Part shown: positions 56,943 through 64,000 of the stretch, one piece after another
How the letters are laid out: every line of letters begins with the position of its first letter
How positions within the stretch are numbered: position 1 is the stretch's first letter
Assembly: GCA_041743505.1 (NCBI GenBank)
Contig: JBGTMQ010000021.1
Coordinates: forward strand, 64,521-128,520
Direction: 5' to 3'
DNA from: Candidatus Saccharimonadia bacterium
Lineage (GTDB): Bacteria > Patescibacteriota > Saccharimonadia > UBA4664
Length of the DNA: 64,000 nucleotides
Position numbers and translations under genes: made by a program
Notes under the pieces: generated by a model
What the model was told of the DNA's origin: nothing
The model's input: the letters and a program-made list of their open reading frames with translations, nothing else
The model's database searches: none

Positions 56943-57518
56943 CTATATTCCAGGGACGTTTTTGACCACTACCTTATTGGCAAGTTGCCCGACGTACAGT
57001 GAGCTCTCGGTGTGATGCTGCTGTCCGTGAATGCCGCGGCATTGGCTTTCTTCGTGCTGGAGCCGAAGCATACAGGTATCGACTTCAGGGTTGTCGACGC
57101 CGAGCGGAATCCATCGCATCAAGCACCAGGGACCACTGGTTGGCGCCCAGTCAGGTAGCTGGGGTCGTTTATTATCCCACTGCTTGTGTTGCTCTGGCGT
57201 CCAGGCCGGAGTAGCAGCGATGAACAAGCGCATATTACCTTCCCAGTAATACTGTTCGTTTGGCTCAATCAGTACCAGGTCACCTGAGTCTAGATGGTGC
57301 CCGGCGTCCCCGATGACCAGTCGGCCGCTTCCCCCCAGCACAAAGGCCATCTCGGTGCAGGCCTGGTTATAGACCACTCCGTCGGCCGGGTAGCGGCCAT
57401 AGATTTGGGCAACTGCTCCATTGACGAGGTCATAGTCCATTGGATATTCATGGACAACGCAACTGTCACTGTTGGCATGCTCGATTGTCTCGGTGATGCG
57501 CACTAATCTCATTGTCAA
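56943..57518 (-). CDS. Cupin-domain protein with C-terminal extension
   Basis: GRYP, N..C.E...V..G.G, GD.V.IEPNE.Y.WEG, PAW.PEQ. Confidence 0.7.
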   Translation of the reverse strand: MTMRLVRITETIEHANSDSCVVHEYPMDYDLVNGAVAQIYGRYPADGVVYNQACTEMAFVLGGSGRLVIGDAGHHLDSGDLVLIEPNEQYYWEGNMRLFIAATPAWTPEQHKQWDNKRPQLPDWAPTSGPWCLMRWIPLGVDNPEVDTCMLRLQHEESQCRGIHGQQHHTESSLYVGQLANKVVVKNVPGI

Positions 57519-57736
57519 TCCCGTCTGGAAGGGGCTGGTTCGTCAACCTGCGATTATTTTGCAAGCGTTACTTCATAGAAGCAACCATAACTAAAAAGAG
57601 AGGGCAACAGCCGGCAGCTATTTGGCCCATCCTAAAACTTTAAAAATTGATTAAAATCTTGGGGTGAGCCCACCCGCGCCGGATGGCGGGGTGGGAGTTT
57701 GGTGAGCCTGGAAGGCGTGAGGCAGAGACGGGGGCT

Positions 57737-58078
57737 TTAACTGCCGGACGAGTCCTTGACTTGCCGACTCAGGGCGGCCCGGAATTCTTCCTGAGTGCAG
57801 ATCCCGTACCGAACCATGCCCACTTCCTGGTTCCACCAGCCGTCAATTTTGTACTCGAAGACATAGGCTAGCGCCTGGCGGAAGAGATCCTCCTGCTCCT
57901 TAGCAAACCCAGGATAGACACCTGACTTGACCACTGGGTAGCCGGCTTGCCGAAGAGCGGCCTCGATGCAGCCCATCTGCCCAAGGTCGCCAGTGAAGGT
58001 GAAGTAGGCGCGGTCGTCGTGGGTATTGGTTAGAGCCGTAACAGCGCCGGGGGCAACAGTGAAGCTTAACTCGGTCAT
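57737..58078 (-). CDS. Hypothetical protein
   Basis: AGGGAG RBS. Confidence 0.55.
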   Translation of the reverse strand: MTELSFTVAPGAVTALTNTHDDRAYFTFTGDLGQMGCIEAALRQAGYPVVKSGVYPGFAKEQEDLFRQALAYVFEYKIDGWWNQEVGMVRYGICTQEEFRAALSRQVKDSSGS

Positions 58079-58197
58079 GTCGTACTCCCTGATTGAGATT
58101 AAACTCGGGCAGCTTGGGTCGGGTTTATGACTCAGTGTTAGGTATTAAATACCGTTTCTTTTAATACCATATATTATCTGTTTGGGCAATACCGGAC

Positions 58198-58548
58198 TTA
58201 GTCGCCGAAGTCGAACATGTCTCCGAGGAAACCTTCGCGCTTGCGTTTTTTGGGGTGTTCGCCATAGCGGTCGCCGGAGTATTGGTCACCACGACGGTCG
58301 CCGTGATCGCTATCGCGGCGGGTATCCCGGTAGTCATCGTGGCGGTCGTTGCTGAGGTCGTGATCATAGGGCTGCGGCTGCGGAGCTTGGCGATCTTGAT
58401 GGCCGGTTTCGTAGGAGGCGGCGCGGTCGATGACTTTGTCGAGTTCGCCGCGGTCAAGCCAGACACCGCGGCACTTGGGGCAATAATCGATTTCGATGCC
58501 TTGGCGGTCGGCTATTACGAGCGGCGTGTTATCTACTGGACATACCAT
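58198..58548 (-). CDS. zf-TFIIB zinc-ribbon protein
   Basis: CPVD...EIDYCPKCRGVWLDRGELDK; C-terminal KKRKREGFLGDMFDF. Confidence 0.88.
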   Translation of the reverse strand: MVCPVDNTPLVIADRQGIEIDYCPKCRGVWLDRGELDKVIDRAASYETGHQDRQAPQPQPYDHDLSNDRHDDYRDTRRDSDHGDRRGDQYSGDRYGEHPKKRKREGFLGDMFDFGD

Positions 58549-58607
58549 GCGGGTTCTCCTGAACATTACTTCATTAGTTTATCAGCAATGGCTGAAATTA
58601 AGCTGGA

Positions 58608-60119
58608 TTATAGACCTGAAAAGTAATCGGTTTTGATGCGGCTGTGTTTGATGCCGAGTTGGCGGAGCATGGTGCGGTAGGATTCGACCATGACGTTGGG
58701 GCCGGAGAGGAAGAACATGACTTCCTGATAATGAGGTACTTGGTTTTTGATAATGTCAGCCGTGAGAAAACCTGTCTCCCCTGTCCAGTCTTTGGGTACT
58801 TCGCGGGCCGTGAGGAGATAGTGGGTGGTTAGGCCGATGGTTTTGGCCTCGTCCAACAAGGGCCGGTAGACGAAGTCGCTGGGATTATTGGCAGAGTAAA
58901 ACATGGTTATGTCGCGGTGTTGATTGGTGTCGAGGAGGTGCTTGATCATGCTGCGGAAGGGGGTGATGCCGATGCCACCGGCGATGAACACGAGCTTTTG
59001 GTTGGGTTCGGCGGGCAAAATGAAGTTGCCGGCGAGTTGTCCGGCCATGACGGTATGGCCGGGTTTGAGGTCGTGCAGGGCGGTTTTGAAGCTGCTGGAC
59101 GGGGTGTAGAACCGGGTGGTCAGGTGTAATTCTGGTTCGGTCGGCGATGAGGAGATGGAAAAGGTGCGGCGGTTACCGCGGATATCGGTGCGGCCGTGCG
59201 GGACCAACACATCCATGTATTGGCCGGGCTGAAACTGAGCCGGGCGGTCCTTGGTGAAGCGGAATTCGGTGATGTCGGGTGAGAGCTGGACTTGTTCTTT
59301 GAGCTTTAGGCGCAGACGGTACTTGGGGCTCATGAAGTAGGCAAAGACGTTACCAATGAGGAGCGCAACTTCGGGAGTGCTATAGATGGGGCCGATGTGG
59401 ACTTGGGAGCCAAATATGACACCAACGAGCGCGCCATAGATGAGGATGTCGCGGTTGCGGGGCGGCATGGTGGCGGGTTCGGTTAGCATAATGGTGCCAA
59501 GGAAGATGAGCGGCCAGGATAGGTAGGCCGTGGCTAAAACGTCGGTGACGGAGCGGTCTGCGGCCACCAGGAGCATCGTGGCCAGCGTGGCCAGTACAAA
59601 GGCGGTGACGAGCTGAAAACGGCGGACTTTGCGGGCTACCAATAGACCCAGCGCGATGACGAACGGCAAGAGGATGGGCGTGGCAACCCACCAGGTGGCG
59701 GCGTAGAGCCCGGTGAGGCCGACCGCGGCGGCGCCGAAAGCGGCCGGATTGAAGATGTGCTTGCGGCCTGTAGCCAGGAGGTACTTGGAGGCCATGGCAA
59801 TGAGGCCGGCGAGCGCGATCATGGCCAGGTCACGGACATTGGCGGGCGGCGCCAGGAGGAAGAATAAAATGATTGCAGTAATGGAAGCCGACTCAGCGCC
59901 GGTGGGAGCGTCGAATAGGGTGCTAAATAACCAGTTGGCGGCGTAGCAGACCAAAAACAGCGTAACAAGCGAAACCAAAAGCGCAGGGCCGGATAGGCTG
60001 AGCGCGCCCATGAAGGCAAATATGATGGCGACGGCAGCTAGCGCCATGAGGCCGTACAGCATCAAGCGGTACATAGTGATGCCGTTCAGGAACCGATCAA
60101 TTTGCCGAATCACTACCAT
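58608..60119 (-). CDS. NqrB/RnfD-like membrane domain fused to an FNR-type NAD(P)H oxidoreductase
   Basis: SKY...KHIFNPAA, MLTEPAT.P; RTFSISS, AGGIGITPF, SGP, TDYFSG. Confidence 0.88.
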   Translation of the reverse strand: MVVIRQIDRFLNGITMYRLMLYGLMALAAVAIIFAFMGALSLSGPALLVSLVTLFLVCYAANWLFSTLFDAPTGAESASITAIILFFLLAPPANVRDLAMIALAGLIAMASKYLLATGRKHIFNPAAFGAAAVGLTGLYAATWWVATPILLPFVIALGLLVARKVRRFQLVTAFVLATLATMLLVAADRSVTDVLATAYLSWPLIFLGTIMLTEPATMPPRNRDILIYGALVGVIFGSQVHIGPIYSTPEVALLIGNVFAYFMSPKYRLRLKLKEQVQLSPDITEFRFTKDRPAQFQPGQYMDVLVPHGRTDIRGNRRTFSISSSPTEPELHLTTRFYTPSSSFKTALHDLKPGHTVMAGQLAGNFILPAEPNQKLVFIAGGIGITPFRSMIKHLLDTNQHRDITMFYSANNPSDFVYRPLLDEAKTIGLTTHYLLTAREVPKDWTGETGFLTADIIKNQVPHYQEVMFFLSGPNVMVESYRTMLRQLGIKHSRIKTDYFSGL

Positions 60120-60134
60120 ATAGTCACCTCTTGG

Positions 60135-61022
60135 TTATGTGGCTGAAAAAAACGTGGCGGGGAATCCCGGCGACTGCTGCAGTGAGCCGCCGCTATGTAC
60201 GAGTGCAGACTCAAACTTATAATACCCGTCTAAGACGGACTGATCCACAAAAAACAACGCTGTAGCGAGGGCATCAGCTATGAGGGCGGTGGGGGCGGTG
60301 ACCCAAACCGCCTGGAGGTGGCGGGGAGAGGTGAGGGTGTGGGGATTTAGGATATGGTGGTAGTCGCCCCAGGCGCGGCGGTTGCCGGCCGAGGCACAGA
60401 GGCTGGTGTTGGACAGTTCGGCTACGCCGATGACTTGGGTTGGGTCGGCCGGGTGCTCGAGGCCGACCCGAAGTGGCGGGCCGTCCAGGCGACGGTAGCG
60501 CATGTCACCGCCGGCGTCGACGCAGTAGGACGTGAGGCCGTGATCTTCGAGCAGTTCGCTGACGAGGTCGACCAGGTAACCTTTGCCGGCGGCGCCGAGG
60601 TCGAGCAAGGCGGGTTGGTGGAGGGTGAGATGCGGGAAGTCGTAGGTTAGGGTTTCGTCCCAGGCCGGCGGGGACGTGAGCGGTTTGGGCGTGAGCGAGT
60701 AGGCTGCGTCGTAGCCGGCGTCGGACAGGGTCTGGCCGATGAGCGGCGTGACGGCCCCGTTGGTGATGCGGTACAAATCTTGATAGATGTCGAATAGGGG
60801 CTGAGCGTCAGCCGGTAATTCGTAGCGGCCGGCCTGGTGGGACAGGCGCGTGATGAGCGAATCGGGGCGGAACCGCGAATAGGCCAGGTCGAATTGTTCG
60901 ACGCGGGCGGCTATAGCGTGCTTGATTTTGGCGGACATGGGGGCTCGGGATACGGGCTCATAGACCTCCACGGACCAGGCGGTGCCGATGGCTTCGAACC
61001 GTAACTCCAAAGCCGCCCCCAA
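60135..61022 (-). CDS. apbE: FAD:protein FMN transferase
   Basis: FEAIGT, SRFRPDS, DLGAAGKGY, DAGGD, HILNP, ADALATA. Confidence 0.92.
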   Translation of the reverse strand: MGAALELRFEAIGTAWSVEVYEPVSRAPMSAKIKHAIAARVEQFDLAYSRFRPDSLITRLSHQAGRYELPADAQPLFDIYQDLYRITNGAVTPLIGQTLSDAGYDAAYSLTPKPLTSPPAWDETLTYDFPHLTLHQPALLDLGAAGKGYLVDLVSELLEDHGLTSYCVDAGGDMRYRRLDGPPLRVGLEHPADPTQVIGVAELSNTSLCASAGNRRAWGDYHHILNPHTLTSPRHLQAVWVTAPTALIADALATALFFVDQSVLDGYYKFESALVHSGGSLQQSPGFPATFFSAT

Positions 61023-61027
61023 GTGCT

Positions 61028-61525
61028 TTAGCCTTTGGCTTTGGACTTAATTTGCTCCAGGGCCGAGTTAAAGCCTTTGGAGGTCAGAGATGAGCCGGAC
61101 ACCCTTGAGATACTGACGTCATCAATGCTCTTGCCAAGAATTTGGGCTTTGTAGCCATTAATAAATTGACCCTGGTAATTGCGGCCGGTCGGATTGGCGG
61201 ATCCAGAAACCGCTGTAGTGTCGGCGACGGCGCCGTCTTTGATGGTGACCGAAATATCGATTGATTCGCGTCCGCCCGGTGATTGGTATGTGCCGGTGGC
61301 GGAGTATGTACCATCTTTATAACCCGACGAGGGATTGGACGAGTTGGATGTCGGGGACGGCGTGACGCTAGCTGAAATACTTGGCGTAGGTGAGCTGGTA
61401 GCCTGGTTGGAGGTATCAGTTTTCTGGCTCGACATCATAACGCCAATGGCGATGGCCGCCACTATGACCAGCAAACCGACAATGGCGATAATCTTCTTGT
61501 TATTATCCTGTGGTTGTTCGTTCAT
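61028..61525 (-). CDS. Membrane-anchored FMN-binding protein
   Basis: TM, S/T linker, YKDGTY, SGSSLTS flavinylation-type motif. Confidence 0.88.
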   Translation of the reverse strand: MNEQPQDNNKKIIAIVGLLVIVAAIAIGVMMSSQKTDTSNQATSSPTPSISASVTPSPTSNSSNPSSGYKDGTYSATGTYQSPGGRESIDISVTIKDGAVADTTAVSGSANPTGRNYQGQFINGYKAQILGKSIDDVSISRVSGSSLTSKGFNSALEQIKSKAKG

Positions 61526-61650
61526 GCACCCTCCTATCAGCGAGTATTCTCGTTGTTAGCACAATTTTATTAATGTATCCTGAGAGTGAGCTGTAATCTG
61601 GGTTTGATTACACCATATATGACTGTACAAGCTATGTTTGTGGTTTTGGA

Positions 61651-62358
61651 TTAATGCCGACCCGTGAATACCCGTTCCAGCGTCCCGTCTGCCACTAGTC
61701 TATGCGGGTCGCCGTGGGCGACTACCCGGCCTTTGTCCAGAATATAGCCGCGGTCGGCGATTTCGAGAAGAGATTTTAAATTGTGCTCTACTACCATGAC
61801 GGCGGTACCCTGTTGTTGGTTGATGTCTTTGACAAAAGCAAACACCTCTTTGACAACCTTGGGAGCCAGACCTAATGACGGCTCGTCGAGGAGGAGGACC
61901 TTGGGGTTGGTCATGAGACCGCGGGCGATGGCGAGCATCTGCTGCTGTCCACCCGATAACGTACCGGAGCGTTCCCGGCGCTTGGTGGCGAGCACCGGGA
62001 ACATCTCAAATAGCTCTTTGATCCGCTGCCGCCGCTGTTGAGGGCTATCAATGATGAAGCCGCCGATTTCCAGATTCTCCTCTACAGTGAGGTCTGTAAA
62101 GACCCGGCGGCCTTGGGGTACAAAGGCGATACCACGGCGCACTACCTCGTGCGACACCGGTGTAAATTCCCGGCCTTCCCACAACACCTGGCCAGATGAT
62201 ACTTTGGCTAAGCCAAAAATGGCCTTTAGGACAGTTGATTTGCCCGCCCCATTGGGCCCCATGAGGGCGACAATTTCGCCCTTGCTTAGCTCCACATCCA
62301 CTTTGTCTAGAGCCGTTACGCCGCCGTACTGGACTGATAATTTCTTGGTCTCAAGCAC
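61651..62358 (-). CDS. livF: Branched-chain amino acid ABC ATPase
   Basis: GPNGAGKST, VPQGRRVF, LSGGQ, DEPSLGLAP. Confidence 0.9.
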   Translation of the reverse strand: MLETKKLSVQYGGVTALDKVDVELSKGEIVALMGPNGAGKSTVLKAIFGLAKVSSGQVLWEGREFTPVSHEVVRRGIAFVPQGRRVFTDLTVEENLEIGGFIIDSPQQRRQRIKELFEMFPVLATKRRERSGTLSGGQQQMLAIARGLMTNPKVLLLDEPSLGLAPKVVKEVFAFVKDINQQQGTAVMVVEHNLKSLLEIADRGYILDKGRVVAHGDPHRLVADGTLERVFTGRH

Positions 62359-63088
62359 CTAAGTATGCCTCAATTACCCGCTTGTCGGCCAGCACTTCGT
62401 GCGGTGTACCCTCGGCCAGGAGCTTGCCAGCATCCATTACCACGACCCGGTCGCATAATTGTCGGATGAGGGCCATATCATGCTCAATTAATATGATGGT
62501 CTTACCTTCCTCGCGTAGCTCCGTCATGATCCCGCTAACCATTTTGACCATCTCAGGGAAGAGTCCGGCGTATGGTTCATCGAATAGAACAATATCGGCC
62601 TTGGTGGCGAGGGTGCGAGCAATTTCTAATAACTTCCGTTGGCCATACGACAGCTCTGCCGCCTTGGCGCCCTGTTTATTCCATAAGCCGACCCGCTCTA
62701 ATACCTCTTTCGCCTGATCGTAATGAAACTTTTGATGCCGTTCAAATAATGCGCCCCAGACGCTGCGCTTGGTCACGACTACCAGCACGTTATCTAGCAC
62801 GCTGAGTTGCTCAAACAGCCGCACACCTTGAAATGTGCGGGTGATTCCGAGCTCTAGCACTTCACGTGACCGCAGCCGTCCGTGCTCAGTTTCGCCGTTA
62901 ATGACGATGGTGCCGCCGTCCATTTGGTGGAATCCGGTTAGCACATTGGTGAGGGTGGTTTTGCCGGAGCCGTTTGGACCGATGATGCCGGTAATTTTGC
63001 CCTTGGAGAGGCTGATTGACAGCTTGTCGATGGCTCTGACGCCGCCGAATTCTTTGACCATGCCTTTGGTTTGGATAGCGTATTTCAT
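62351..63088 (-). CDS. livG: Branched-chain amino acid ABC ATPase
   Basis: GPNGSGKTT, RTFQ, LSYGQ, IEHDM, V.EAYLG. Confidence 0.9.
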   Translation of the reverse strand: MKYAIQTKGMVKEFGGVRAIDKLSISLSKGKITGIIGPNGSGKTTLTNVLTGFHQMDGGTIVINGETEHGRLRSREVLELGITRTFQGVRLFEQLSVLDNVLVVVTKRSVWGALFERHQKFHYDQAKEVLERVGLWNKQGAKAAELSYGQRKLLEIARTLATKADIVLFDEPYAGLFPEMVKMVSGIMTELREEGKTIILIEHDMALIRQLCDRVVVMDAGKLLAEGTPHEVLADKRVIEAYLGA

Positions 63089-63951
63089 AATCTATACTCC
63101 CCCATTAACCCTTGCGGACGGTAGTGCATCAAGAGGATTAGAATTATGCCGTAGACCACTAAGCGCATTTGGGCTGCTATATCGGGCGTGAAGCCGACGA
63201 ACCGTAATATTTCAGGCAGCAGGACCAGCACCAGCGCGCCCACCGCCGCTCCGCGCAACGAGCCCAGGCCTCCGAGCACGATGATGGCCAGCATAAAAAT
63301 TGAATCACTGACGGTAAAGGTATGTGGGTCAATAAAGCTGGTATAGGAGGCGTATAACGCGCCGGCTACGGCGGCCATGGCGGCGGCGATGACAAAGATG
63401 ACTAGCTTATAAGTCTGGGTGCGATAGCCAAACACGCCGAGCGCCTCCTCGTCCTCGCGGATGGCCTTGAGAACCCGGCCAAACGATGAGGATACAATCG
63501 CTTGCGATAGCCAGTACACACCCGCGGCGAGGATTAAGGCTAAGACCAAGAAGGCGAAGCTATTGCTAAACACCAGGCCAAACAATTCCGGGCGCAATAT
63601 TCCCGGGATACCCAGCGGTCCCTGTGTCACGGCCTGCCAATTGAGCAGGACGGAAAACACAATCACGTTAAAACCCAGGGATACAAGCGCATAATAATCG
63701 CCCCGGAATTTCGCGAGCACCATACTAATGGGCAAAGCTAACAGCATGGCTGCCAGTACGCCAGCCCCTAGGCCGACGAAAAAGTTCGCGCCATGACCGA
63801 CCATTAAAATCCCGGTGACATAGGCCCCAATACCATAAAAGGCCGCGTGGGTCAGTGATAGCAGGCCGGTGTAGCCCACGACTAAGTTTAGTGACAGGGC
63901 CAGAATGGAGAAGATTGAAAATAAAACTGCTAGATGGATAAGGTATTCCAC
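63085..63951 (-). CDS. livM: Branched-chain amino acid ABC permease
   Basis: LNLVVGYTG..SL.HAAF.GIG, AIREDE, LGGLG, RPQGL. Confidence 0.9.
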   Translation of the reverse strand: MEYLIHLAVLFSIFSILALSLNLVVGYTGLLSLTHAAFYGIGAYVTGILMVGHGANFFVGLGAGVLAAMLLALPISMVLAKFRGDYYALVSLGFNVIVFSVLLNWQAVTQGPLGIPGILRPELFGLVFSNSFAFLVLALILAAGVYWLSQAIVSSSFGRVLKAIREDEEALGVFGYRTQTYKLVIFVIAAAMAAVAGALYASYTSFIDPHTFTVSDSIFMLAIIVLGGLGSLRGAAVGALVLVLLPEILRFVGFTPDIAAQMRLVVYGIILILLMHYRPQGLMGEYRL

Positions 63952-64000
63952 TACGGCCGCTTTCCTAAAATGCCTTGTGGCCTAAATAGCAAAAATAGAA
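63951..64000 (-). CDS. livH: 3' end of a branched-chain amino acid ABC permease (partial)
   Basis: ...LFLLFRPQGILGKRP*, with the stop overlapping the livM GTG. Confidence 0.7.
   Translation of the reverse strand, partial: LFLLFRPQGILGKRP

Noticed and set aside
1-64000. Alternative genetic code (TGA recoding, as in some CPR lineages)
   Set aside because: Conserved genes are full length under code 11 and several end properly at TGA.

Overview
A 64-kb bacterial chromosomal window using standard code 11. Gene content (cupredoxin, FN3/LamG giant surface protein, MacB-type ABC pairs, flavinylation triad, many ORFans, actinobacteria-like genes) suggests a CPR/Patescibacteria genome, probably Saccharimonadia; this is inference. 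Housekeeping loci: tRNA-Arg(CCG), murB, DUF475/TerC, pspA, trxB-trxA, ribonucleotide reductase, mntH, yjjX, a pyrF-like gene and livH/M/G/F. Main observations: (1) NrdA lacks its C-terminal redox cysteine tail, and a matching tail (C-x9-C-x2-C-Q) is encoded as a separate 66-aa gene right behind it; the locus also has a Mn/Fe-type (class Ic signature) NrdB, a coupled MntH and divergent trxA/trxB. (2) An NrtR-associated PP2C-kinase-nicotinamidase-vWA operon with two clear GT-N7-AC palindromes. (3) A transcriptional T-box riboswitch with an ultrashort stem I ahead of an M20 peptidase and a GNAT. (4) An NpmA/KamB-like 16S rRNA methyltransferase with a coupled leader ORF. (5) A dispersed family of related hairpins 3' of ORFan genes. 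No CRISPR array, integrase or transposase was seen. All family assignments come from motif recognition, not database searches.
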